A DNA stretch of 64,000 bases from an uncultured Gammaproteobacteria bacterium (GCA_964408995.1 CAYPBP010000001.1:74823-138822), one strand, 5' to 3'; shown: positions 48,862 to 58,686, numbered from the stretch's first letter. Notes: generated by a model not told the origin, from the letters alone. Translations and numbers: made by a program.

Positions 48862-48971
48862 GTAGACGCGCCGCTGACGTGTATCTAAAATATATTAATA
48901 AACACAGCGCATCTATACATATTTTTAATAAACACCAATAGATACGCCACGCAACCGCGGGGCGTATCTAT
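48862..48971. repeat. Cluster of REP-like GC-rich hairpins
   Basis: ATAGATACGCC...GGCGTATCTAT (48938-48971) and a degenerate copy GTAGACGCG...GTGTATCTA (48862-48887). Confidence 0.55.
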
Positions 48972-49019
48972 AGTTCATCAACTTGATTATTTTTTAAATT
49001 TCAGAGAAAATAGACCAAT

Positions 49020-49631
49020 ATGAAAAACTTTGATAACAAACAAGAACAAACACTCGTATTAGTTAAACCAGACGGTGTTCAAAGAGGTTTAATTGGTGAA
49101 GCCATTAAACGGTACGAACAATGTGGTCTTAAATTAGTTGCTATTAAAATGGTTCTTCCAAATAAAGAAATGGCCTTAACCCATTACTCAGTAGATCCAG
49201 AATGGCCTTTAAAAACAGGTACTAAAGCCATTGAAGCATGGAAAGCTAAAGGTCTTACTCCTCCAACAGAAGACCCAATTGAATTAGCCGAAGGTGTCCG
49301 CCAAACTCTAATTTCTTTTCTTACTAGTGGACCAGTTGTCGCTATGGTTTGGCAAGGTATGAACGCTGTTGGAGTTATTAGAAAAATTACTGGTAGTACT
49401 GAACCATTAACTTCTGCTCCAGGAACTATTCGTGGTGATTACACTATTGATTCATATCAAGCTTCAGATATAGATAAAAGATCAGTCAGAAATATAATTC
49501 ATGCTTCTGGCTCAGTTGAAGAAGCTCAAAAAGAAATGCCAATTTGGTTTAAACCAGAAGAAATTATCAACTATCGATTACTTAGTGAAGCTATTATTTA
49601 CGATGTAAATCTTGATGGAATTCTAGAGTAA
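49020..49631 (+). CDS. ndk: Nucleoside diphosphate kinase
   Basis: LVKPDGVQRGLIG, SGPVVAM, PGTIRGD, NIIHAS motifs. Confidence 0.95.
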   Translation: MKNFDNKQEQTLVLVKPDGVQRGLIGEAIKRYEQCGLKLVAIKMVLPNKEMALTHYSVDPEWPLKTGTKAIEAWKAKGLTPPTEDPIELAEGVRQTLISFLTSGPVVAMVWQGMNAVGVIRKITGSTEPLTSAPGTIRGDYTIDSYQASDIDKRSVRNIIHASGSVEEAQKEMPIWFKPEEIINYRLLSEAIIYDVNLDGILE

Positions 49632-50411
49632 ATCTTTTTGAGCCATCAAAGTTTCATAACCCAAATCAATTAGTTTTTGGTAATTCTTTTTTCTAAAGTC
49701 AAGAATAAAAGTTTTGTTTTCTTTCATATTCAAATAAACAATTTTTCTTCTTTTAAAAAAACTAATTTTTTGCATACTAATAATTTGCTGCATTAAAGCC
49801 ACTGAAGAATATAAAACATTAGCAGCAGAAGTTTTTTCATCTATTTTTTTTATTGGACCAGTAATATCAGACACAATAATTTTGGAAACTGGTGGTAAAA
49901 GCAAAATAGGAACATTGTTAATAACCCCTCCATCAACCAAAAAACGATCACCAATCTCAACAGGATGAAAAATACCTGGAATAGAAACTGAGGCTACTAA
50001 AGCTGGAAAAAGTTTGCCTTTATTAAAAACTACTTCTTTTTTTCGATTAACATCAGTCGCATTAAAAACCAAAGGAATCTTAAGATCTAAAAAATTATCA
50101 ACCTTGAGGTAATTTCTTAAAAAATTCTCGATACTATTTTTATAATTATTTCTGGTAGCCAAAAGTAAAGCTTTTGACAATTTCAAAAAATCAATTTCTC
50201 TAGAAATTTTTTCAAAATCAACTTGTGGATCAGCTGCATAAACAGCCCCAACCACAGCTCCAATCGAAGTTCCAGAAATATAATCAATTTTTATATTTAA
50301 TTCTTGTAAAGCCTTGATTACTCCCATATGAAAAAAACCTCTAGCTCCACCACCGCTCAAAACCAAGCCAACTGATTTTCTTTTATAAAAAAGATTAGCC
50401 AAAATATTCAT
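49623..50411 (-). CDS. Patatin-like phospholipase
   Basis: LSGGGARG, GTSIG, DGG motifs. Confidence 0.92.
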   Translation of the reverse strand: MNILANLFYKRKSVGLVLSGGGARGFFHMGVIKALQELNIKIDYISGTSIGAVVGAVYAADPQVDFEKISREIDFLKLSKALLLATRNNYKNSIENFLRNYLKVDNFLDLKIPLVFNATDVNRKKEVVFNKGKLFPALVASVSIPGIFHPVEIGDRFLVDGGVINNVPILLLPPVSKIIVSDITGPIKKIDEKTSAANVLYSSVALMQQIISMQKISFFKRRKIVYLNMKENKTFILDFRKKNYQKLIDLGYETLMAQKDLL

Positions 50412-50455
50412 ATCTAATTATACGCCAAAATGAATCTATTTTTTAGTCCTATAGT

Positions 50456-50483
50456 TTGATTTTCCCCTTATTATTGATATAAT
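50456..50483 (+). promoter_or_regulatory. Sigma70 promoter TTGATT-16-TATAAT with extended TG
   Basis: TGATATAAT about 190 bp upstream of the orphan gene pair. Confidence 0.55.
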
Positions 50484-50675
50484 CTGAACAATTTTATTAA
50501 TTAATCTAAAGCAGATTAAATTAATAAAAATGTACTTTAACAATCAATAAACTCAAACAATTTATATTGCTGCAATGCATCTCTTTGTGCCAAAATCTTT
50601 GACCCAAAGCGATGTATTGTTAACAATATATTGTAAGAATAAAGACGTATAAAAAGAAAGGGAAGGTTGTTTATC

Positions 50676-51278
50676 ATGAAAGGATGGGTATTTGCCAGTA
50701 TCTGCAAAAACTTAACGGATGAGGAGCAAGATTATGAGATTCTAACAGGATCGAATGAATTGGCCGAATTCGTTAAACCAGACAATTCAACAACTATAAC
50801 AATCGTAAGAAAAGACGGGGTTGGTTATCTGTACACAGGCGAAATTAAGAAAAAGCTTCCTTGCATAAGCGGATTTATGGTTGAAAAAGTCTACAGGTTG
50901 AATTTTATACTCGACAAGAACAAAATGGTTCTCTTGTCACTAACCAAAGAAGGGGCTAAGTTGTTTCCCGATGGAATAGCATCACAAATGCGATTTTTTT
51001 GGATCGAAAATATAGCCGAATGTCCAATGAATACCGCAAGACCTATTCTTGAAGGATGGTGGTTCGACGATATCTGTAATGATCCAACAATACTTAAGGG
51101 AAAACCTAACAGCGAAATCGGCTGGCCGACAGACATCAACATTAACGAATATCAAGAAATAGATCACAATGAGAGAATACATCTGATTAAAGAGCTCAAT
51201 AAGCTTGCTGACGCTAACCCCAACTGCCAACAAGAAATATTGCAAATGATTAAAAAAAACAGAAAGGAGGATGACTAA
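50676..51278 (+). CDS. Orphan hypothetical protein
   Basis: 200-aa ORF; purine-rich SD-like sequence upstream; composition differs visibly from flanking genes. Confidence 0.6.
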   Translation: MKGWVFASICKNLTDEEQDYEILTGSNELAEFVKPDNSTTITIVRKDGVGYLYTGEIKKKLPCISGFMVEKVYRLNFILDKNKMVLLSLTKEGAKLFPDGIASQMRFFWIENIAECPMNTARPILEGWWFDDICNDPTILKGKPNSEIGWPTDININEYQEIDHNERIHLIKELNKLADANPNCQQEILQMIKKNRKEDD

Positions 51279-51280
51279 TC

Positions 51281-51562
51281 ATGGATAAAACAAAAAACAT
51301 CTATAAACAAGCTTTCAAACCAACCACCGGCGCCGACATATTATTAGCCATCGAAAAGCTTCTTAATCCGGAAAAACCAATCGTTATTTGTATAAATAGC
51401 GAGATACTTGACCCCAACCATACAAATTTAGTAGCCAACAGAATTCAAGTTGGTATTGTAACTAACAACGAAACTAAGGAAGAAAGTATCATTATCGGCA
51501 ATTTGGACAACTTCTGCAGAAACAAACAATACACCTTAAAAAAATCCGAAACACCGCAATAA
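51281..51562 (+). CDS. Orphan hypothetical protein
   Basis: 93-aa ORF preceded by AGGAGG. Confidence 0.6.
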   Translation: MDKTKNIYKQAFKPTTGADILLAIEKLLNPEKPIVICINSEILDPNHTNLVANRIQVGIVTNNETKEESIIIGNLDNFCRNKQYTLKKSETPQ

Positions 51563-51662
51563 GAGTTTATTGATTGAAATAGGGGAGCAGTAATATGCAA
51601 GCAAACACAAATGCATAATACCTAGCTCCCCTTTTCAATGCCAAAAATTTATTTGTTCATTA

Positions 51663-51689
51663 AAAAATCCCCAAAGATAGGGGATTTTT
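51663..51689. terminator. Bidirectional intrinsic terminator
   Basis: AAAAATCCCC-AAAGATA-GGGGATTTTT between the orphan pair and the tRNA-Asp 3' end. Confidence 0.75.
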
Positions 51690-51698
51690 GTTTTTAAG

Positions 51699-51772
51699 CG
51701 GGTCTGATGGGATTCGAACCCACGATCTTCCGCGTGACAGGCGGATGTGCTAGACCGCTGCACCACAAACCC
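51699..51772 (-). tRNA. tRNA-Asp(GTC)
   Basis: GGGTTTG/CAGACCC acceptor; TCCGC-CTGTCAC-GCGGA anticodon arm. Confidence 0.93.
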
Positions 51773-51893
51773 TTGGTCTATTATTTATCTTGATACTATA
51801 CCAAAACTTGTCACAACAAACAACAAATTGTTTTTATAAAAAAGGAAAATTAAAAAATGTTATACTGAAATAATTAAAAATTAATTTAAAAAA

Positions 51894-52472
51894 ATGATTT
51901 ATCCAATTATCTTAATTGCCGCTTTAGCTTTTTATATTTTTGCCTTTTTTAATAAATTAAAAACACTTCAAGTCAGAATTAAAGCCTCTATTCAAGAAAT
52001 CGGTAACCAACTTAAACGTCAAGCCAATTTAATTCCAAATCTAGTCGATTCTGTTAAGGGTTATATGAAACATGAAAAAGGTATTTTTGACCAACTTACA
52101 GAAGCCAGAAAATCAGTCGAAGCTGCTGTCAAAACTAATGATCCAAAAGCTATGGATAAATCTCAAGAATTAATCAATAAAGCCCTTGGTTCGATTAATG
52201 TCGTTATGGAAAGCAATCCAGAAATTAAAGCCTCAAATCTTGTTTCTGATTTAATGAACGAGCTTCGAGACACTGCTGATAAATTAATGTATGCCAGACG
52301 CACTTTAATTGATCTTGCTGCTGATTTTAATACTTCTATTTCTATAATTCCAGGAATTTGGATTGCTCCAATATTAGGATTTAAAGAAGAAAAAGGTTTA
52401 GAAACTCCTGTGGAAAGCGAACAATTAAAAGTTTCCGAATCAGAAACTAAAAATCCTGAAGTTAAACTATAA
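51894..52472 (+). CDS. lemA: LemA family protein
   Basis: QLKRQANLIPNLV..VKGY..HE, PEIKA motifs; adjacent to htpX. Confidence 0.9.
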   Translation: MIYPIILIAALAFYIFAFFNKLKTLQVRIKASIQEIGNQLKRQANLIPNLVDSVKGYMKHEKGIFDQLTEARKSVEAAVKTNDPKAMDKSQELINKALGSINVVMESNPEIKASNLVSDLMNELRDTADKLMYARRTLIDLAADFNTSISIIPGIWIAPILGFKEEKGLETPVESEQLKVSESETKNPEVKL

Positions 52473-52475
52473 TTT

Positions 52476-53360
52476 ATGATTAATATTTACGAACAAGTTG
52501 GTCGTAACAAATTTAAATCAAGCTTAATAATAATCCTATTTATTGGCTTTATTTTAACCGCTACTTATTTTATTTCCCAAGCTTTCGGTTATGGCAATCA
52601 ACTTATGTTCTTTGCTCTAATTATTTCTCTCTCTACTTCTGGTGTCAGTTATTTTTGGGGTGACAAAATAGTTACCACCTTAAATGGTGCTCGTCTTGCC
52701 AATCGTAAAGAATTTTTTGATTTCTACACTGTCACCGAAAATTTAAGTATGGCAAATAGCACTCCCATGCCCAAAGTCTATGTAATCGACACCGAAGCTA
52801 TGAATGCTTTTGCTACTGGTCGAGATCCAAAACATGCCTTAATTTGCGCCACAACCGGTCTTTTAAATAAACTAAATCGCACTGAACTTGAAGCAGTTAT
52901 TGCTCATGAACTTTCTCATATAAAAAATTACGACATTAGATTAATGATGATCGTCAGTATGTTGGTTGGCACTTTGTCTCTTATTATCAACATGACTACT
53001 AGAGCTTCTTTTCTAGGTGGTAGAGATAGAGATAACGATGATAATAACCCAGTATTTTTAATAATTGGCATTGTCTTAATTATTTTTGCCCCTATTATTG
53101 CCAAGTTAATTCAACTCGCTATTTCTCGTCGTCGCGAATTTTTAGCTGATGCTTCAGGAGTAAAACTGACTCGTCAACCTCAAGGTCTAATTGATGCACT
53201 AGAAAAAATATCAAATGATCCCAATAAATTTGAAACTGCCTCCACCGCTACTGCCTCTTTATACATTAGTAATCCTTTTAAGGGTAATAAAATAGCCAGT
53301 CTTTTTTCCACCCACCCCCCAGTCGAAGACAGAATTAAAGCACTTCAATCTATGCTTTAA
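52476..53360 (+). CDS. htpX: M48 zinc metalloprotease HtpX
   Basis: NAFATG, AHELSH, SRRREFLAD, FSTHPP..DRI motifs. Confidence 0.93.
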   Translation: MINIYEQVGRNKFKSSLIIILFIGFILTATYFISQAFGYGNQLMFFALIISLSTSGVSYFWGDKIVTTLNGARLANRKEFFDFYTVTENLSMANSTPMPKVYVIDTEAMNAFATGRDPKHALICATTGLLNKLNRTELEAVIAHELSHIKNYDIRLMMIVSMLVGTLSLIINMTTRASFLGGRDRDNDDNNPVFLIIGIVLIIFAPIIAKLIQLAISRRREFLADASGVKLTRQPQGLIDALEKISNDPNKFETASTATASLYISNPFKGNKIASLFSTHPPVEDRIKALQSML

Positions 53361-53370
53361 TTTTGTTTTT

Positions 53371-53408
53371 ACTTTTCAACTTTATAAACTTTATAAACTT
53401 GATAAACT
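53371..53408. repeat. Nonamer tandem repeat ACTTTATAA
   Basis: ACTTTTCA-ACTTTATAA-ACTTTATAA-ACTTGATAA-ACT upstream of dnaE. Confidence 0.65.
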
Positions 53409-53416
53409 ACTAGTAT

Positions 53417-56400
53417 ATGTCTTTCGTCCATCTACATGTTCACACTGAGTATTCCCTCCTTGACGGTCTCACTAAAATCAAAAAACTTGTTTCCACTGTT
53501 AAAGAAATGGGGATGGATTCTATTGCTATAACTGATCATGGCAACATGTATGGTGCTGTCGAATTTTTCAAAACCTGTAAAAAAAATGACATCAAACCAA
53601 TTATTGGCTGTGAAGTTTATTTAGCTCCAAATGGTCGATTAGATAAATCAACTGCCAATCGTCGTAACTATCATTTAATTCTATTAGCTAAAAATGAACA
53701 AGGTTATAGAAACTTAATGAAACTAGTTAGTATTGGTCAACTTGAAGGTTACTATTATAAACCGCGAATTGATTGGGAAACTTTACAACTTTACCACGAA
53801 GGACTAATCTGTAATAGTGCCTGTGTTGAGGGAGAAATTGCTCAACTAATTTTAGACGATAATTACCAGAAAGCTAAAAAAAGAGCCAAAGACTATCAAA
53901 ATCTTTTTGGTGAAGACTACTACCTAGAAATTCAAAGACACCCTGGCTTAAAAGATCAAGATACCGCAAATATTGGTTTAATCAAAATTAGCCGAGAATT
54001 AGGTATTCCTCTTGTGGCTGCCAACGATGCTCACTACTTAAAAAAAACTGACGCTTTTGCTCAAGATGTTTTATTGATGATTAATACTCAAACAACTATT
54101 AATGATGAAAAAAGAATGAGTATGTTGGCTTATCCTGATTTTTATATTAAATCTCCAGAAGAGATGCAAGAGCAATTTTCTGATATTCCGGATGCTCTAG
54201 AAAATACTCTAAAAATAGCCAAAAAATGTAATTTTGAAATGGAATTAGGTAACTGGTATTTTCCAAAATTCAAACTTCCTAAAGGTAAGACTCCAGAAGA
54301 TGCTTTAAAAGAATTAGTTTATAAATGTGCCAAAGAACATTATGGTAAATTAACTCCAGAAATTACTGACCGTCTTGAATATGAACTTGACGTTATTAAT
54401 CCAAAAGGTTACGCCGCTTACTTCTTAATCATGTATGATTTTATTAAATGGGCAGAAAAAAATGACACTCCAACTAATACTAGAGGTTCTGCTGGTGGTT
54501 GTTTAGTTGCCTTTACTTTAGGTATTACTTCTGTTGATCCTTTAATTTATCAACTACCTTTTGAAAGATTTTTAAACAAAGATCGTCCTTCACCTCCAGA
54601 TATAGATTTAGATATTGCTGATGATAAACGACAAGGCATGCTCCACCACATCATTGAACAGTATGGCAAGGACGCTGTGGCTCAAATTTGTACTTTTGGA
54701 CGTATGATGGCTAAAAGTGCAGTTCGCGACACTGCGCGCGTCTTAGCTTATGAATATGCTATTGGTGACAAAATTAGTAAACTCATCCCTCTTGGCTCTC
54801 AAGGTTTCCCTATGTCTATCGATAAGGCCATTGACCAAACTCCAGAATTAAAACGACTTTATGAAACCGATCCAGATTCTAAAAAAATAATAGAAGCCGC
54901 TAAACAAATTGAAGGCTGTGCTCGTCATATCAGCGTCCATGCTTGTGCTATCGTTATTTCTCCAACAGCTATCACTGATTTCTCTCCAGTCCAAATAGAA
55001 ACTGGTGGAGATAAAATCATTACTCAATACGAAATGCATGCCTGTGAAGATGTTGGTTTAATTAAATACGATATTTTAGGAATAAGAAATCTATCTTTTT
55101 TAGGACAATCAGTTTTAAATGTTAAAAAAAATCATAATATTGATATTAATTTAAGAAAAATTCCTCTTGATGATAAAAAAACTTTCGAAATGCTTTCCCG
55201 AGGTGACACTATGGGAGTCTTTCAACTTGCCGGAGAAGGGATGACTAAATGGATTAAAGAATTAAAACCAAACAGAGTTGAAGATTTAATGGCTATGGTG
55301 GCTCTTTACCGACCAGGACCAATGGCTATTATTCCAGAATACATTGCTCGCAAAAATGGCACTTCTGAAATCACTTTTATCGATCCTAAAATGGAAAAAT
55401 TCCTAGATAAATCTTATGGTCTTTTAGTTTACCAAGACGACTGTTTATACACCGCCATTGAACTAGCTGGCTACAATTGGACTGAAGTCGATAAATTTAG
55501 AAAGGCTATTGGTAAAAAAATTCCAGAAGAAATGGCTCTTCAAAAAGAAAAATTTATTAAGGGTTGTATTAATAACGGTTATACCCAAGAGAAAGCTAAG
55601 GAAATTTTTAGTCTTATTGAACCATTCACTTCCTATGGTTTTAACAAGGCTCACGCCGCTTCCTACGGTATGTTGGCCTATCGTACTGCTTACATGAAAG
55701 CTAATTATCCAGTTGAGTATATGTGCGCTTTACTTACTGCCGAATCTGATGATGCTGAAAAAATTACCGACGGCGTCAATGAATGCCGATACTTAGGTAT
55801 AATCATTAGTCCTCCAGATATAAATAAGTCATCTAGTGGTTTTGAAATGGAAGAAAACAAGGAATCACTTGAAAAATTAGCTATCCGATTTGGTTTAAGT
55901 GCTATCAAAAATGTTGGCACTGCTGCTATTGATAATATTATTAACGAAAGAAATACTAATGGTCCTTTTCTTAGTTTTGGAGATTTCTGTCTTCGAACTG
56001 ATTCTCAAAAAATAAACAAAAGAGTTTTCGAAAGTTTAATCAAAGTCGGAGCCATGGATCAATTTGGTGAAAGAAACGCTATTTTAGCTTCATTAGAAAA
56101 AATTAGACTTGACTGTGACAAATTAAATAATAAAAAAAATAATGGCCAATCTGGACTTTTTGATGATCCTAGTCAAAAAAACGCTAAAATAATGGCTCCA
56201 CCAGATAATTTTGTCGACACCACTCCAATGACTGAACATGAACGACTTGCCTTGGAAAAAGAACTTCTTGGTATTTTTGTTACCGAAAACCCAGTCAGCA
56301 AAATACTTGCTCCTTTCCAAACTTTAGGACTCCCCAAAATATCAGAAATACTCAAAAAAGACGCTGATATTCCTATTAAAATAGCCGCTAACTTAACTAA

Positions 56401-56836
56401 AATAAAATTAATAAGAACTAAAAAAAATAATGCTAAAATGGCTTTCTTAAGTTTAGAAGATGAAACTGGCAAAATAGAAGCTGTTTTGTTCCCAAAAACT
56501 TTTGATACTATTGAAAAAATCCTGACCGAAAATAAACCATTCTATATCGAAGGTAAAACTAACCTAAGAGAAGGTAATTTATCAATTTTAATTGATTCTC
56601 TTAGTATGGAGGCACCTAATACTTCACCAAAATATGATTTTGTCATTACAGTTCCTAAATCTGCCAACCAAACTCAATTAATGGACTTAAATAATCTGCT
56701 CAAAAAAAATCCTAATGGTCACAGAGGTTTGATAATTTTGCCTAATGGTAAGAATATCCCACTTAATTATGGCGTAGCTTACAACCAAAAGCTTCAAAAA
56801 GAAATTGATAATATCTTATTGCCAAATAAAAATTAG
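53417..56836 (+). CDS. dnaE: DNA polymerase III alpha subunit
   Basis: HLHVHTEYSLLDG, RGSAGG, PDIDLD, GLIKYDILG, YGFNKAH motifs. Confidence 0.96.
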   Translation: MSFVHLHVHTEYSLLDGLTKIKKLVSTVKEMGMDSIAITDHGNMYGAVEFFKTCKKNDIKPIIGCEVYLAPNGRLDKSTANRRNYHLILLAKNEQGYRNLMKLVSIGQLEGYYYKPRIDWETLQLYHEGLICNSACVEGEIAQLILDDNYQKAKKRAKDYQNLFGEDYYLEIQRHPGLKDQDTANIGLIKISRELGIPLVAANDAHYLKKTDAFAQDVLLMINTQTTINDEKRMSMLAYPDFYIKSPEEMQEQFSDIPDALENTLKIAKKCNFEMELGNWYFPKFKLPKGKTPEDALKELVYKCAKEHYGKLTPEITDRLEYELDVINPKGYAAYFLIMYDFIKWAEKNDTPTNTRGSAGGCLVAFTLGITSVDPLIYQLPFERFLNKDRPSPPDIDLDIADDKRQGMLHHIIEQYGKDAVAQICTFGRMMAKSAVRDTARVLAYEYAIGDKISKLIPLGSQGFPMSIDKAIDQTPELKRLYETDPDSKKIIEAAKQIEGCARHISVHACAIVISPTAITDFSPVQIETGGDKIITQYEMHACEDVGLIKYDILGIRNLSFLGQSVLNVKKNHNIDINLRKIPLDDKKTFEMLSRGDTMGVFQLAGEGMTKWIKELKPNRVEDLMAMVALYRPGPMAIIPEYIARKNGTSEITFIDPKMEKFLDKSYGLLVYQDDCLYTAIELAGYNWTEVDKFRKAIGKKIPEEMALQKEKFIKGCINNGYTQEKAKEIFSLIEPFTSYGFNKAHAASYGMLAYRTAYMKANYPVEYMCALLTAESDDAEKITDGVNECRYLGIIISPPDINKSSSGFEMEENKESLEKLAIRFGLSAIKNVGTAAIDNIINERNTNGPFLSFGDFCLRTDSQKINKRVFESLIKVGAMDQFGERNAILASLEKIRLDCDKLNNKKNNGQSGLFDDPSQKNAKIMAPPDNFVDTTPMTEHERLALEKELLGIFVTENPVSKILAPFQTLGLPKISEILKKDADIPIKIAANLTKIKLIRTKKNNAKMAFLSLEDETGKIEAVLFPKTFDTIEKILTENKPFYIEGKTNLREGNLSILIDSLSMEAPNTSPKYDFVITVPKSANQTQLMDLNNLLKKNPNGHRGLIILPNGKNIPLNYGVAYNQKLQKEIDNILLPNKN

Positions 56837-56895
56837 ATTGCTAGACTAGCCAAGTTTACTTTGATATAATTTCAAAGCACAAATTTAACAAAAAT

Positions 56896-57210
56896 ATGTC
56901 ATTAAAATTTACACTAAACGAACAAGATTTTTCAGTTGGCGATTCCGTCAAGGTCAATTACAAAATCAAAGAAAAAGATAAAGAAAGATTACAAGCCTTT
57001 GATGGTGTCATTTTGGGTATCACTGGAACCGGTGAAAACAAAAATTTCATCGTTCAAAAAATCGCTTCTGACGCAGTTAAGGTTGAAAGAATTTTTCCTG
57101 TTAATTCACCATGGATCGACAGTATTAAAAAACTAAGAGGACCTAAGAGCAAAATTCGACGTGCTAAATTATATTATCTACGTAACGATAAAGTTCGTAA
57201 AACCGCTTAA
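56896..57210 (+). CDS. rplS: 50S ribosomal protein L19
   Basis: GDSVKV, RLQAFDG, VERIFP, RRAKLYYLR motifs. Confidence 0.95.
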   Translation: MSLKFTLNEQDFSVGDSVKVNYKIKEKDKERLQAFDGVILGITGTGENKNFIVQKIASDAVKVERIFPVNSPWIDSIKKLRGPKSKIRRAKLYYLRNDKVRKTA

Positions 57211-57216
57211 CAATCA

Positions 57217-57308
57217 GGGTCTTTAGCCCCGCCTGCAGAAGCTATCGCTTCAGCGATTGCGGGCAGGTCAGTTGGTAGATCCGCCAACCGGCGGACTTTT
57301 AAGCAATT
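57217..57308 (+). pseudogene. Duplicated 5' half of tRNA-Lys interrupted by two palindromic elements
   Basis: GGGTCTTTAGC[40 bp]TCAGTTGGTAGA[TCCGCCAACCGGCGGA]CTTTTAAGCAATT matches the downstream tRNA in three blocks. Confidence 0.85.
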
Positions 57309-57332
57309 TATTGCTTCGTTATTTAAAAACTT

Positions 57333-57405
57333 GGGTCTTTAGCTCAGTTGGTAGAGCAGTTGCCTTTTAAGCAATTGGTCGCGGGTTCGAGTCCCGCAGG
57401 ACCCA
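57333..57405 (+). tRNA. tRNA-Lys(TTT)
   Basis: GGGTCTT/AGGACCC acceptor; GTTGC-CTTTTAA-GCAAT anticodon arm. Confidence 0.95.
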
Positions 57406-57478
57406 CTTTCATATATTGATTTGTTTTAATCCCTTGTAATTTTTCTGAAAAGATAAATATTATTTGCTATACTTTTTT

Positions 57479-58000
57479 ATGGAAACAGACAAAAGACCAC
57501 TTTATCTCAAATGGATGCTATTAATTATAAATATAATTCCGGTATTAATAATACTAACATCTTATGTCTCGTTTTTATTACAAAGGATAAGCTCATCTTC
57601 AATAGTATCATGGCCTATGACAACAGGATTTTTTATAATAGGACCAACTCTTTTAATTTCAGTTTTACCTGTTCTAATCTCCACATCAAATAGTAAATCT
57701 AAAAATATTTTTGGTTATGGTATTCCATTACTAATGCTATTAATAGTAATCTATGCTATCTGGCATGCTTCCGTTTGTACAGGCAAAATGTGTAGCTTAG
57801 GAGACGCAGCTTTAATCACATTCTTGACCCCATCGTTAGTAATTTTTACATTTTTTTACATACTTGGTAGTAATATTAAAAAATGGACAGAAAAAACATA
57901 TCGTAATTTATTTATATTAGAAATAGTAATTTTACTTTGTCTATATTTTTTACCTCTCATGTTATTTATGTACAAAAAATCTATTAGTATTAATAGATAG
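57479..58000 (+). CDS. Hypothetical multi-pass membrane protein
   Basis: About five hydrophobic segments; CTGKMC loop. Confidence 0.65.
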   Translation: METDKRPLYLKWMLLIINIIPVLIILTSYVSFLLQRISSSSIVSWPMTTGFFIIGPTLLISVLPVLISTSNSKSKNIFGYGIPLLMLLIVIYAIWHASVCTGKMCSLGDAALITFLTPSLVIFTFFYILGSNIKKWTEKTYRNLFILEIVILLCLYFLPLMLFMYKKSISINR

Positions 58001-58011
58001 AATCAATTAAT

Positions 58012-58686
58012 TTACTTTAGAACATTATATCCAACAATTTCGAAATCACTTTGATTATTGTTAGCCATAAAGAATAAATAATCTGGAGTTATCATATCTG
58101 GAATATTTTGAATATTTACTATATTTTCACTAAACAATTGTTTAAAAATAAGATCAGCACAAGTTAATTTTTTATTTTCTTTTTTAGGAATTCCAAAAAT
58201 ATAATCCTTATCTTGGGCAATATTTATTAAGTTATTTTTTATAATATCTAACTTATTATTGTAATTTTTAGGTCTAACAATAACAAAATTATTCATATCA
58301 AAATTAAACCAATCACTTTTTGATAATTTTTCTATTTTAATATCATCATCACGATTTTTTTCTTTACCAACCGCTTGCACTATTTGATCATCACCTAAAT
58401 AAAAAGCTGAATGTGTAAAATAAGGATTAGCTAATTTGTTAAACAAAAATGTACGTTGAGTAATATATCTACGAATCAAAATATCACCAGGTAATAATTT
58501 ACATTCAATTATTTTTACACACTGAAATACATCATTTGTTAATGAATTTGTAACTTCATCATAAGAAAGTCTAAAAATTTTTTTATAAAAATTTAAACTT
58601 AAAACATAAACACCTAGTATAATAAGAAATAAAGATATTCCAGTCGTAAATATTATTAATAATCTTAATTTACGATTATTATTCAT
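58012..58686 (-). CDS. YiiX/YebB-like permuted papain-like NlpC/P60 protein
   Basis: PGDILI, FTHSAFY (His first), LTCADLI (Cys later), ITPD motifs; N-terminal TM. Confidence 0.75.
   Translation of the reverse strand: MNNNRKLRLLIIFTTGISLFLIILGVYVLSLNFYKKIFRLSYDEVTNSLTNDVFQCVKIIECKLLPGDILIRRYITQRTFLFNKLANPYFTHSAFYLGDDQIVQAVGKEKNRDDDIKIEKLSKSDWFNFDMNNFVIVRPKNYNNKLDIIKNNLINIAQDKDYIFGIPKKENKKLTCADLIFKQLFSENIVNIQNIPDMITPDYLFFMANNNQSDFEIVGYNVLK

Noticed and set aside
50676-51562. Prophage or integrative element at tRNA-Asp
   Set aside because: No integrase, phage gene or att duplication seen
53417-56836. Intein or split in dnaE
   Set aside because: Normal length, continuous motifs, no splice-junction signatures
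5090-57693. Short antisense or alternate-frame ORFs in the track (e.g. 12325-12558, 26871-27188, 39694-39966, 56173-56472)
   Set aside because: They lie within well-supported genes and show no motifs; treated as shadow ORFs
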